64,000 nucleotides of DNA from the human T2T-CHM13v2.0 reference genome, Homo sapiens: positions 12,544,001 through 12,608,000 of the forward strand of contig CP086569.2 in the NCBI GenBank assembly GCA_009914755.4. The letters run 5' to 3'. Positions within the stretch are counted from its first letter, which is position 1, and every line of letters begins with the position of its first letter. The notes under the pieces were generated by a model. The model did no database searches. It saw only the letters and a list, made by a program, of their open reading frames with translations, and was not told the DNA's origin. This document shows, in pieces, positions 45,628-59,900 of the stretch. Both the position numbers and the translations under genes were made by a program.

Positions 45628-48600
45628 AATAGAATCGAATTGAATGTATTCAAAAGGAGTGGAATGGAATGCAATGGAATGGAATACAATGGAATGCAAA
45701 CTCATGGAACGGAGTGGAATCTAGTGGAATGGAATCGAATGGATTGGAATCGTATGGAATGGACTGGAATGGAATAGACTCGAATGGACTGGACTGGAAT
45801 GAAACTGAATCGAACGGATTGCAATCGAATGGAAATGAATAGAATGGAATGGAATCGAATAGAATGGAGTCGAGTGGAATGGAATTGAATTGAATTAGTC
45901 GAATAAAATGGAATTGAATTTAATTAGTCGAATAAAATGGAATTGAATGGAATCCAAAAGAATAGCATTGAATGGAGTCTAATGGAAAGATATTAAATTG
46001 AATGGAATAGAGTGGACTCGAATGGAATGGACTGCAAAGGAATAGACTCTAATGGAAGGGACTGGAGTGGAATGGACACGAATGTAACAGAAACGCATGG
46101 AATGGACTAGAAGGGAATGGATTTGGATAGAAAGGAATGAAATGGAATGGACTCAAATGGAATAGAATGGAATGAAATGACTTCGAATGGAATGGAATGG
46201 AATTGAATCGAATGGAATGGACCTGAAAAGAATAGAATACAATGGAATGGTATTGAATTGAATGGAATGGAATGGCATGGAATGGACACAAATGTAATGG
46301 ACTCGAATGGAATGGACTGAAATAGAATGGACTCGAAAGGAAAGGTGTCGAATGGAATTTATTTGAATAGAATTGAATCGAATGGAATGCAACAGTATGC
46401 AATGGGATCGAATTGAATGGAATCGAATGCAATAGAACAGAACGGAATGGACTGGAATAGAACGGACTCCAATGTAATGGATTGCAATGTAATTGATTCG
46501 AATTGAATGGAATCTAATGGACTGTAATCAATTAGAATGCAATGGAATGAAATGGAAAGGAATAAAGTGGAATGCAATGTTATGGAACGGAGTGGAATCG
46601 AGTGCAATGGAATCGAATGGAATGGAATCAAATGGAATGTACTGGAATGGAATGGACTGCAATGTAATGGAAGGAAAAAATGGAATCGAACAGATTGGAA
46701 CCGAACGGAACGGAATGGAATGGAAGGGACAAAAATGGAATGGAGTCGAATGGAATGGAATCAAATGGAATGGATTGGAATTGAGTGGAAACGAAAGGAA
46801 TAGAATGGAATGGAGTGTAACGGAAATATATCGAATGGAATGGAATGGAGTGGAATCGAATGTAATGGAATTGAATGGATTGGAGGAATCAGATGGAACG
46901 GAATGGAATGGGGTGGATTCTGATGGAATAGAATCGAACGGAATGGCATCAAATGGAATGGAATGGACTCGAATGAAATGGACTCGAATTGAATAAAATC
47001 AATTGGAATAGCATCAAATTGAATGGAATGGAATTTAGTGGAATGGAATGGAATTGAATGGACTCAAATGTAATGGACTCGTATGGAATGGAATCAAATA
47101 GAATAGACTCAAAAGGAATGGTCTCGAATGGAATTTATTCGAATAGAATGTAATCGAATGGATTGCAATAGTATGGAATGGAATCCAATGGAAAGTTATT
47201 GAAGGGAATGGAACGGAATGGAATGGACTGGAATAGAATTTAATGAATTGCAATGTAATTAATTCTAATGGAATGAAATCGAATGGAATGTAATCAACTA
47301 GAATGGAATGGAATGCAACGGAATGGAACAGAGTTGAGTGGAATGGAGTTGAATGGAATGGAATCGAATGGAATGGACTCCAATGGAATGGACTGGAACA
47401 AAATGGAATAATACGGATTGCAATAGAACAGAACGGAATTTAATGGAATGGAATGTATTGGAATAGACCTGAATGGATTGTTGTCGACTGTAATGGAACC
47501 AAATGGAATGGAATCAAATGGAATGGAAGTGAATGGAATCGAAAGGAATAGAATGGAATGGAATGTAACGGAAATATATCTAAAGGAATAGAATGGAATA
47601 GTCTCAAATGGAATGAACTGGAATGGAATGGACTCAAATGGCATGGACAGGAGTGGTATGGACTCGAATGGAATGGAAATGAATGGAATGGAATGGAATG
47701 GAATGGAATGGAATGGAATGGAATGGAATGGAATGCAATGGAATGGAAAGGATTACCATGGAATGGAATCGGATGAAAAGAAACTGAACGGAATGGAGTT
47801 GAATGGAATGGCATCAAATGGAATGGAATGGAATGACTCGAATGGAATGGACTCGAATGGAGTAGAATTCTGTGGAATACAATCGCGTGGAATGGAAGGG
47901 AATGGAATGGTATGGACCCAAATGGAATGGAATCGAATAGAATGGACTCAAATACAATGCACTCGAAAGGAAAGGTCTCAAATGGAATTTATTCGAAACG
48001 AATGGAATCAAATGGAATGCAATAGTATGGAATGGAATCGAAAGGAATTGACAAGGATGGAATGGACTAGAACAGAACGTACACGAATGTAATGGATTGC
48101 AATATAATAGAAATAGAAAGGAACCGTATGGAAGGTAATCAAATGAAATGGAATGGAATGCAATGGAATGGAATACAATGGAATGCAATGGAATGGAACA
48201 AAGTGGAATTGAGTGGAAGGAAATCGAATGGAATGGAATGGAGTGAACTCGAAATAAATGCACCAATGGAATGGAAGGGAATGGAATGGAATTGAATGGA
48301 ATTGAAAAGAATAGAATGGAATGGACAGTAATGAAAGATACCGAATGGAATGGAATATAATCAAATGGAATGGACTGTAATATAATTGACTCGAATGGAA
48401 TGGGCTTTAGGGAATTGACTCAAATGGAATGGAAACGAATGGAATGGAATGGAAATGAAAGGAAAAGAATGTAATGAAATCGGATGGAATGGAATGGAAT
48501 GGAATGTAGTCGAATGGAATAGAATCCAATGGAATGCAATAGTATGGATTGGAATCGAATGGAATGGAATTGAATGGAATGGAGCAGAATTGAATGGACT

Positions 48601-50981
48601 GGAATAGAAAGGACTCATATGTAATGGATTGCAATGTAATCGATTTGAAAGAATGGAATCCAACTTAATTAAATCAAATGGAATGGAATGGAATGCAGTG
48701 CAGTGGAATAGAATAGAATGCAATGGAATAGAATGGAGTGGAATCGAAGGGAATGGAATCGAATGCAGTGGAATTGAATGGAATGGAGTCGAATGGAATG
48801 GACTGGAACAAAACGGAAATTAACGGATTGGAATTGAACGGAAAAGAATGGAATGGAATGGAATGGAATGGAATGGAATGGAATAGAATGGAGTCTAATG
48901 CAATAGAATCGAATGCAATGGCATCGAATTTTATGGAATGGAACGGACTCGAATGGAATGGACTCAAATAGAATGGCATTGAATGGAATGGGATGGAATG
49001 GAATGGAAAGGAATGGTAGCGAATGGACACAAATGAAATCGACTCAAATGGAATGAACTCAAATAGAATGAAATCGAAAGCAAAGGTCTCGAAAGGAAAT
49101 TATTCTAATAGAATGGAATCGAATGGAGTGCAAAAGTATGGAAAGGATTCGAAGGGAATGGAATCGAATGGAATTGACCAGAATGGAATGGACTGGAATA
49201 GTACGGAGTCGAATATAATGGATTGTAACGTGATTGACATGAATGGAATGGAATCAAATGGAATGTAATCAAATGCAACATAATGGAATGCAACGGAATG
49301 ATGTCGAATGGAATGGACAAAAAAGAAATGTACTACTGAAAAAACGGAATTGAACGGATTGGAATTGAATATAATCGAATGGAATTGAATGGAATCGAAT
49401 CGAATGGAATAGAGTGTCATGGATAGATATCGAATGGATTAGAATGGAATGGAATGGACTCAAATGGAATGGACTGGAATTGAATAGACAGGAATGGAAT
49501 GCACTGGAATGAAATGGAGTCGAATGTAATGGAATGGAGTGGAATGGACTCGAATGGAAGGGAAACAAATGGAGTGGAATGGAATGCAATGGAATGCAAT
49601 GCAATGGAATGGAAAGAATTGAATAGAATGGAAACGGATGGAATGGAATGGACAGGAATGGAGTCAAATGGAATAGAATAGAATGGAATGGCATGAAATG
49701 GAATGGAAGGGAATGGAAAGGAATGGACTCAAATGGAATAAATATGAATGGAATATAATCGAATGTAACGGCATCAAACGGAATTGAATAGAATAGCATG
49801 GAATGGAATGGACGCGAATGTAATGGACTCAAATGGATTGGATTCAAATACGACGGATTTGAAAGGAATGGTCTTGAAGGGAATTCATTCGAATAGTATC
49901 GAATCGAATGGAATGCAATACTAAGGAATGGAATATAATGGAATGGAATCCAATGGAATGGAGTGAAAAGGAATGGACTGGAATAGAATGGACTCGAATG
50001 TAATGGATTACAAGCAATTGATTTCAATGGAATGGAGTCACATGGAATGGAATCAAATGGAATGGAATGGAATGCAAAGTAATGGAATAGGATGGAAAGC
50101 AATTTAATGGAACGGAGTGGAATCGAGTGGAACGGAATCTAAAGGAATGGAATCGAAAGAAAAGGAATCGAATGGAATGTACTGGAATGGAATGAACAGG
50201 AAAACCATGGAATCGAAAGGATTGGAATCAAACGGAACAGAATGTAATTGATTGGAATGAACTCGCATGGAATGGAGTCGAATTGAATGGAATAGAATGG
50301 AATGGAATCAAATGGATTGGAATTGAATGCAATCAAAGGGAATAGAATGGAATGGAGTGGAATGGAAAGATAATGAAAGGAGTGGAATTCAATGGAATGG
50401 ACTCAAATGGAATGGACTCGAATAGAAAGGACTGGAATGGAATGGAATCGAATGTAATAGAAACTAATGGTTTGGAATTGAATGAAATGGAATGGAATGG
50501 AATGGAATCAAATGAAATGGAATGGAATGGAATGGAAAGAAATACAATGGAATGGAATCTGATGGAATGGAATGGAATGAAATGGAGACGAATGGGATAG
50601 CATCGAATGCAATGGAATGGAATGGAGTGGAATGGAATAGAATTGAATGGACTCTAATGGAATAGAATCAAATGGAATGGCACCGAATGGAATGGAATGG
50701 GAAGGAATGGAATTGACCCAAATGTAATAGACTCGAAATGAATGGATTCAAGTGGAATGGACTCAAAAGGAATGGTCTCGTAAGGAATATATTCCAATAG
50801 ATTGGAATAGAATGGAATGCAATAGAATGGAATGGAATCAAACGGAATGGAATCGAATGGAATGGAATGGAATGGAATTGACTGGAATAGAATGAATTCA
50901 AATGTAATGGATTGCAAAGTAATTGATTCGAATGCCATGGAATCAAATGGAATTATTCAAAAGGAATGGAATGGAATACAA

Positions 50982-51100
50982 TGGAATGGAATGGAATGGA
51001 ATGGAATGGAATGGAATGGAATGGAATGGAATGGAATGGAATGGAATGCAATGGAATGGAATGGAATGGAATGGAATGGAATGGAATGCAATGGAATGGA
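50982..51100 (+). repeat. Near-perfect (GGAAT)n tract of ~23 units with two GCAAT variants
   Basis: ggaatggaatggaatgg ... ggaatgcaatggaatgg ... ggaatgcaatggaatggaacatag. Confidence 0.85.
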
Positions 51101-52566
51101 ACATAGAGGACTCATGTGGAATAGAACAGAATGGAATGGAATCGAATAGAATGGACTGGTAAGGAATGTATTAAAATGGAATTCACTAGAACAAAATCGA
51201 ATCAATCGGATTGGAATTGAATAGAACAGAATGGAATGGAATGGAATTGAATGGAATGGAATGGAATGGAATGGATTCGATTGGAATGGAATATAATGGA
51301 ATGGAACCGAATGGAATTGAACCAAAACAAACGAAGTGAATGGAATCGAAAGGGATAGAATGGAATGGAGTGTAATGAAAAGATATCGAATGGAAACGAA
51401 TGGAATTGAATGGACTCGAAGGGAATGGATTGGAATGGAATGGACTGGAGTTGAATGGACTCGAATGGAATGGAAAGGAGTGCCATGGAATGCAATGAAA
51501 TGCAATGGAAAGGAATAGAATGGAATGGAATGGAATGAAACTGAATGGAATGGAATGTAGTCGAATATAATAGAATCAAATGGAATGGCCTTGAATATAA
51601 TGAAATGCAATGGAATGGAATCGAAAGGAATGGACTCAAATGGAGTAGAATTGAATGGAATGGCTTCGAATGGAATGGCATGTAATGGAACGGACCCAAA
51701 TGTAATGGAATCGAACAGAACAGACACAAATAGAATGGACTGAAAAGGAATGGTCTCGAATGGAATTTTTTCGATTAGAATGGAATTGAATGCAATGCAA
51801 TAGTGTGGAATGGAATCGAATGGAATCGACAGGAATGGAATGGAATGGAATGGAATGGAATGGAATGGAATGGAATGGAATGGACGAGAATGTAATGGAT
51901 TGCAATGCAATTGGTTTGAATGGAATGAAATCCAATGGAATGTAATCAAATGGAATGAAAAGGTGTACAATGGAATGGAATAGAATGGAATGCAATGGAA
52001 TGGAATGGAGTGGAATCGAGTGGAATGGAATCGAATATAAAGGAATTGAATGTAATGGAATCGAATGGAATGGACTGGAGTGGAATGGACTCGAAAGGAA
52101 TGAAGTGGAACAAAATGGAATCGAACAGATTGGACTTGAATGGAATGGAATGGAATGGACTCGAATGGAATGGAGTCGAATGGAAAGGAATCGAAAGGAA
52201 TGGAATGAAGTTGAAAGGGATAGAATGGAATCAAAATGAATAGAATGGAATGGAGAGTAATGGAAAGATATCAAATGGAATGGACTGGAATGGAATGGAA
52301 TCGAACGGAATGCACTGGAATGGAATGGACTCGAATGGAATCGGTTGGAGTGGAATGGACTCAAATGGAATGGAAACGTTTGTAATGGAATGGAAAGGAA
52401 TAGAATGGAATGTAATCGGATGGAATGGAATGGAATGGAATGGAGTCAAATGGAATAGAATCGAATGGAATGGCCTCGAAAAGAATGGATAGGAATGAAA
52501 TGGACTCGAATGGATTGGACTCGAATGGAATAGATTAGAATTGAATGACATCAAATGGAATGGAAT

Positions 52567-52788
52567 GGAACCAAATGTAATGGACTCGAATGGAATGGAT
52601 TCAAATTGAAAGGACTCAAAAGGAATGGTCCCGAAAGGAATTTATTCGAATAGAATGGAATCAAACAGAATGCAGTAGTAGGGAATGGAATTGAATTCAA
52701 AGGTATCGAAAAGAATGGACCGGAATGGAACAGTCAAGTATAGAACAGAATCGAATGTAATGGATTGCAATGCAATTGGTTCAAATGG
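52567..52788 (+). repeat. Landmark block A copy (near-consensus)
   Basis: ggaaccaaatgtaatggactcgaatgg ... ggaatttattcgaatagaatgg ... gaatgtaatggattgcaatgcaattggttcaaatgg. Confidence 0.65.
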
Positions 52789-53142
52789 AACGGTATCGAA
52801 TGGAATGTAATCAAATGGAATGGAAAGGAATTGAATGGATTACAATGGAACGGAACGGAGTGGAATCGAGGGTAATGGAATCTAATTTAATGGAATCGAA
52901 TAGAATGGACTGGAATGGAATGGACACGAAAGGAATGGACTGGAAGAAAATGGAATTGAACGGATTGGAATCGAGCGGAATGGAAAGTAATGGAATGGAT
53001 TAGAATGGAGTCGAATGGAATGGAGTTGAATGGAATGGACCCGAATGGAATGGAATCAAAGGAAATGGACTGGAGTGGAATAGACACGAAAGGAATGGAA
53101 ACGAATGCAATGGAATGGAATGGAAGGGAATGCAATGGAAAG

Positions 53143-53257
53143 GAATGGAATGGAATGGAATGGAATGGAATGGAATGGAATAGATTGGAAAGGAATGCAA
53201 TGGAATGGAATGGAATGGAATGGAATGGAATGGAATGGAATGGAATGGAATGGAATT
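53143..53257 (+). repeat. Two near-perfect (GGAAT)n tracts separated by ggaatagattggaaaggaatgcaatgg
   Basis: ggaatggaatggaatggaatggaatggaatag ... ggaatggaatggaatggaatggaatggaatggaatggaatggaatggaattgaattgg. Confidence 0.8.
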
Positions 53258-53387
53258 GAATTGGATGGAACAAAATGGAATTGAATGGAGTCGAATAGAA
53301 TATAATCCAAAGGAATGGCATCGAAAGGAATGGAATGGAAAGGAATGGATTCGAATGGAATACAATGGAATGGAATGGTATTGAAAG

Positions 53388-53585
53388 GAATGGAATGGAA
53401 TGGAATGGAATGGAATGGAATGGAATGGAATGGAATGGAATGGAATGCAATGGAATGGAATGGAATGAAATGGAATGCAATGGAATGGAATGGAATGCAA
53501 TGGAATGGAATGGAATGGAATGGAATGCAATGGAATGGAATGGAATGGAATGGAATGCAATGGAATGGAATGGAATGGAATGAAA
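53388..53585 (+). repeat. (GGAAT)n tract of ~39 units with a regularly spaced GCAAT/GAAAT variant every 4-7 units
   Basis: ggaatggaatggaatgcaatggaatggaatggaatgaaatggaatgcaatggaatggaatggaatgcaatgg... Confidence 0.85.
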
Positions 53586-56500
53586 TAGAATGTACTCGAA
53601 TGAAATGGACTCAAAAGGAATAGAATCGTATGGAATGGCATCGAATGGAATGGAATGGAATGGACCCACATATAATTGACTCGAAAAGAATAGACACAAA
53701 TAGAATGGACTTGAAAGAATGGTTTCGAATGGAATTTATTCAAATAGAATTGAATCAAATGGAATGTAATAGTATGGAATGAAATCAAATGGAATGGAAT
53801 CGAAATGAATGGACCGGAATGCATTGGACTGGAATAGAAAGGACTCGAATGAAATGGGTTACAATGTAATTGATTCAAATGGAATGGAATCGAATAGAAT
53901 GGAATCAAATGGGATGGAATGGAATGCAATGTAATGGAAGGTAATGCAATGTAATGGAACAGAATGGCATACAATGGAATGGAATGGAATGGAGTGGAAT
54001 CGAGTGGAATGGAGTCGAATGGAATGGTATTGTGTGGAATGGATTGGAATTGAATGGACTCGAATGGAATGGAATGGAAAAAAATGGAATCAAATGGATA
54101 GGAATCGAACGGAACGGAATAGAATGGAATGGAATCGAATGGAATGGAGTCAAAAGGAATGGAATCGAATGGAATGGAATCGAATGTAATGGAATATAAT
54201 GGAATGAAATTGAAAGGAATCGAAAGGAATAGAAGTGAATGGAGTGTAATGGAATGACATTGAATGGAATGGATTGGAATGGACTCGAATGGAACGGACT
54301 GGAGTGGAGTCGACTTGAATGGAATGGACTGGAGTGGAATGGATTCGAGTGGAATGGAAACAAATGGAATGGAATGCAATGGAAAGGAATGGAATGGAAT
54401 AGAATTAAATGGATTTGGATGGAACGGAATGCAATGGAATGGAGTCGAATGGAATAGAATCGAAAGGAATGGCATCAAATGCATTTTACTGGAATGGAAT
54501 GGGTTGGAATGGAATCGAAGGGAAAGGATTCAATTGGATTATAATTGAATGTAATGGAAGAGAATGGCATGGAATGTAATGGAATGGACCCAAATGTAAT
54601 GGACTCGAATGGACTGGTCTCAAACAGAATGGAATAGAAAGAAACGGTCTCGAATGGAATCTATTTGAAGAGAATGGAATCGAATGGAATCCAATAGTGT
54701 GGAATTTAATCGAAGGGAATTGAATCGAACAGAATGGACAGAATGGAATGGAATGGAATACGACGGACTTGAATGTAAAGAATTGCAATGTAATTGATAC
54801 AAATGGAACAGAATCAAATGGAATGTAATCAAATGGAATGGAATGGAATGCAATGGAGTGGAGCGGAATGGAATCGAGAGTAATGGAATCAAAAGGAATG
54901 GTATTCAACGGAAAGGACTGGAATGGCGTCGACTCAAATGGAATGGACTGAAACAAAATGGAATTGTACGGATTGCAATAGAATGGAACGGAATGGAATG
55001 GAATGGAATGGAATGGAATGGAATGGAATAGACTCGAATGTAATGGATTCGAATAGAATGGAATCAAATGGAATGCAATTGAACAGAAACGAAACGAAAA
55101 TAATGGAATGGAGTGTAATGGAAAGATATCAAAAGTAATGGAATGGACTCGAATGGTTTGGACTGGAATGGAATGCAACGGAATGGAATGGAAAGGAATA
55201 GAATGGAATGGAATCAGATGGAATGGAATGGAAGGGAATGGAGTCAAATGGAAGACAATAGAATGGAATGGCATCGATTGGAGTGTAAAGGATTGTACTC
55301 GAATAGAATGGACAGAGGTGGCATGAAATCTAATAGAAAGGACTGGAGTGAAGTGGACTCGTATGGAATGGAAACAAATGGATTGGAATGGAACGGAATG
55401 GAATAGAACGGAATGGAAAGAAATTGAATGGAATGGAATTGGATGGAATGGAATGGAATGGACCCAAATATAATGGACTCGAATGCAATGGACTCAAATA
55501 GAATGGACTCGAAAGGAATGGTCTCGAATGGAATTTGCTCATATACAATGGAATCGAATGTATTGAAATAGTATCGAACGGAATTGAATGGAATGGAATT
55601 GAAAGGAATGTACCATAATGGAATGGACTGGAATAGAACGGACGTGAATGTAATGGATTGCAGTGTAAATGATTCGAATGGAATTGAATAGAGTGGAATG
55701 TAATCAAATGGAATGGAATACAAAGCAAGGGAATAGAATGAAATGCAATGGAATGGAACGAAGTGGAATCCAGTAGAATGGAATCGAATGGAATGGAATC
55801 GAATGGAATGGATTCGAATGGAATGGAATGGAACAAAATGGAATCATACGGATTGGAATAGAACAGAACAGAATGTAATGGAAATGAATGGAATGGACTC
55901 GAATGGAATGTATTCGAATGGAATGGAATGGAATGGAATGGAATGGAATGGAATGGAATGGAATCGAGTGGAATGGAATTCAGCAAAATAGAAGGGAATA
56001 GAATGGAATGGAGTGTTATGGAAAGATATCGAATGGAATGGAATGGAACAGAATGGAAAGGAATGGATTCGAAGGGAATGGAATCGAATGGAATGTAGTG
56101 GAATGAAATTGACTCTATTGCAATGGACTGGAGTGGAATGGACTCGAATGGAATGGAAACGAATGGAATGGAATTGAATAGAATAGAAGGAAAAGGAAAA
56201 GAATGGAATGGAATCGGATGGAATTGAATGGAATGGAATGGAGTTGAATGGAAGAGAATCGAATGGAATGTCATCGAATGGAAAGGAATGGAATTGAATG
56301 GACTCGAATGGAGTGGACTCGAATGGAACAGAATCGAATGATGTGTCATGGAATGGAATGGAATGGAATGGACCCAAATGTAATGGACTGGAATGGAATG
56401 CACTCAAATAGAATGGATTCAAAAGGAATGGTCTCGAATAGAATTTATTCAAATACAATGGAATCAAATGGAATGCAATGGCATGGAATGGAATCTAATG

Positions 56501-56935
56501 AAATGGAATCGAATGGAATGTAGCGGGATGGAGAGGACTGGAACATAATGGAATCGAACGGACTGGAATCCAATTTAAAGGAATGCAATGGAATTGAGTG
56601 GAAAGGAATGGAATGGAATGGACTCGAAAGTAATGTAGTTGAATGGAATGGAATCGAAAGGAATGGACTGAACTGGAATGAATTCGGGTGGAATGGACAA
56701 CAGTGGAATGTACTCGAATTGAAAGGAAATAAAGGGAATGGAATGGAATGGAATGGAATGGAATGGAATGGAATGGAATGGAATGGAATATACTGAAACG
56801 GAATAAGATGGAACGGAATGGAATGTAATGGAGTTGAATGGAATAGAATCCAATGCAATGGCATCGAATGGAATGGAATGGAATGGACTCGAATAGAATG
56901 GATTTGAAAGGAATAGAATTGAATAAAATGGCAAG

Positions 56936-56986
56936 GAATGGAATGGAATGGAATGGAATGGAATGGAATGGAATGGAATGGAATGG
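56936..56986 (+). repeat. Perfect (GGAAT)n tract of ~10 units. A sister tract lies at 56736-56786.
   Basis: ggaatggaatggaatggaatggaatggaatggaatggaatggaatggaatggaccgg. Confidence 0.85.
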
Positions 56987-59900
56987 ACCGGAAAGCAATG
57001 GACTGAAATAGAAACGGACTCGAATGTATTGGATTGCAATGTAATTGATTCGAAGAAATTGGAATCAAATGGAATATAATCGTACGTAATGGAATGAAAT
57101 GCAATGGAAATGAATAGAGTGGAATGCAATGGAAAGGAACGGAGTGGAATCGAATGGAATGGAATCGAATTGAATGGAATAGAATTGAATGGAATAGAAT
57201 GGAATGAACTCGAATTGAATGGGGTCCAATGGAATTGAATCGAATGGATTGGAATCTAATGGAATGGAATTGAATGGTATGGATAGGAATAGAATGGAAT
57301 GGAGTGTAATGGAAAGATATAGAATGGAATGGAATGGAGTCGAATGGAATGGAGAGGAATGGAATGGACTCGAACGGAATGGACTGGAGTGGAATGGAAT
57401 ATATTGGAATGGAAATAAAAGGAATGGAAGGGAATGGAAAGGTATAGAATGGAATGGAATAGGATGGAACAGAATGGAATTGAATGGAGTCGAATTGAAT
57501 GGAATCAAACTGTATGGTAATGAACGGAATGGAATGGAATGGAATGGAATGGAATTGAAAGGAATGGACTCAAATGGAATAGAATCGAACTGAATGGCAT
57601 CGAATGGAATTGAATGGAATGGAATGGCATGGAATGGAATCAAATGCAATGGACTCGAATAGAGTGGACTCAAATTTAATAGACTAGAAAGGAAGGGTCT
57701 CAAATGTATTTTATTCGAATAGAATGGAAAGGAATGGAATGCAATAGTATTAAATGGAATCGAATGGAATGGAATGGAGTGGAATAGAACAGACTAGAAT
57801 ATAATGGACTGCAATGTAATTGATTCAAATGGAATGGAATCGAATGGAATGTAATCAAATGGAATGGAATGGAATGCAATGAAATGAAATGGAATGGAAT
57901 GGAATACAATGGAATGGAACGGAGTGGAATCGAGTGGAATGGAATAGAATGGAATGGAATCGAATTGAATGGAATCAAATGGAATGGACAGGAATGGAAT
58001 GGACACGAATGGAGTGGACGGGAACAAAATCGAATTTAACGGATTGGAATGGAATGGAACGCAAAGGAATGGAATGGAATGGAATGGAAAAAGGAATGGA
58101 CTCGAATGGAAATTAGTCAAATTGAATGGAACAACATGGAATGGAATTGAATGGAATCGAAATTAAAGGAATGGAATGGAGTGAAATGGAAAGATATCGT
58201 AAGCAATGGAATGGAATGGAATGGAATGGAATTGAATGGACTGAAATGGAATTGACTCGAATGGAATGGACTTGAGTGGAATGTACATGAGTGAAATAGA
58301 ATAGAATGGCTTGGCTTTGAATGGAATGGAATGTAATGGAATGGAGGGTAAAGAAAAGATATCGAACAGAATGGATTGGAATGGAATAGACTAGAATGGA
58401 ATGGACTGGAATGGGATGGAATTGAATGGAATGGACTCCAATGGAATAGAATAGAAAGGAATGGCAATGAATGGACTGGAATGGAAGGGAATGGAATGGA
58501 ATTGAATGCAAAGGAATGGACCTAATGCAACGGAATCGAATGGAATGGACTCAAATAGCATGGACGTGAAAGGAATGGTGTCGAATGGAATTTAGTCGAA
58601 TAGAATGGAATCCCATGGAATGTCATAGTATGGAATGGAAACGAATGGAATGGCATCGAATGGAATGGACTGAAATAGAATGGACTCTCAGGTAATGGAT
58701 TGAAATGTAATAGATTTGAATGGAATGGAATTGTTTAGAATGTAATCAAATGGAATGGAATGGAATGCAATTTAAAGCAATATAATGGAAGGCTACGGAA
58801 TGGAACATAGTGGAATCGATTGGATTGGAATTGAATGGAGTGGAATAGTTTGGAATGAAACTGAATGGAATGGAATGGAAAGGAATGGACTCGAATGAAG
58901 TGGACAGAAATGCAATGGACTTGAATTTATAGGGCTGGGATACAATGGATTGGAATGCAATGGAGGGGAATGGAATGGAATGGAATGGAATGGAATGGAA
59001 TGGAATGGACTCGAATAAAACGGAGTCAAATGGAATGGAATCGAATGGAATGGACTGCAACGGAATGGATTAGAATAGAATGAACTGGAGAGGAATGGAC
59101 TAGAAAGGAAAGGAAACCGATGGAATGGAATGGAATGGAATAGAATGGAATGGAATGGAATGGAAACGAATATAATGGAATGGAATCAGATGCAACCGAA
59201 TGGAATGGAACGGAGTTGAATGGTTTAGTATCCAATGGAATGGCATGGCATGGAATGGAATGGAATGCAATGGAATGGAATGAAATATAATGGACTCTAA
59301 TTGAATGGACTCGAATGAATAGAATCGAATGTAATGGCATCGAATTGAATGGAATGGAATAGAATGGAAAGGAATTGACCCAAATATAATGGACGCAAAT
59401 AGAATTGACTCAAATAGAATGGATATGAAAGGAATGGTCTCGAATGTAATTTATTTGAATAGAATGGAATCGAAAAGAATGCAATAGTATGGAATGGAAT
59501 CCAACGGAATGGAATAGAATGTAATGGAATGGAATAGAATGGACTGGAATAGAACAGACTCGAATGTAATGGATGGCAATGTAACTGATTTGAATGGAAT
59601 GGAATCGAATGGAATATAATCTAATGGAATTGAATAGAATGCAATGGAATGGAATATAATGGAATGCAATGGAATGGAACGTAGTGTAATCGAGTGAAAT
59701 GGAATAGAACAGAACGGAATCAGATGGAATCCCATCTAATCGAATGGACTGGAAAGGAGTGGACTAGAATGGAATGGACTGGAACAAAATGGAATCAAAT
59801 GGATTGGAATGAAATGCAACAGAATGGAGTGGAATTGAATAGAACAGAATGGACTCGAATGGAATGGAGTCGAATGGAGTTGAATGGAACGGAATTGAAT

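Noticed and set aside
53000-54484. 494-aa ORF on the - strand, the longest in the track. Similar cases are 50957-52234 (425 aa), 55330-56403 (357 aa), 61620-62660 (346 aa), 26176-27156 (326 aa) and 485-1411 (308 aa).
   Set aside because: The translation is a degenerate IPFHS pentapeptide repeat produced by CATTC periodicity. Overlapping ORFs of similar length exist in other frames and on the opposite strand. There is no start or RBS context and no domain-like non-repetitive segment. ORF length only reflects the absence of stop-creating variant units.
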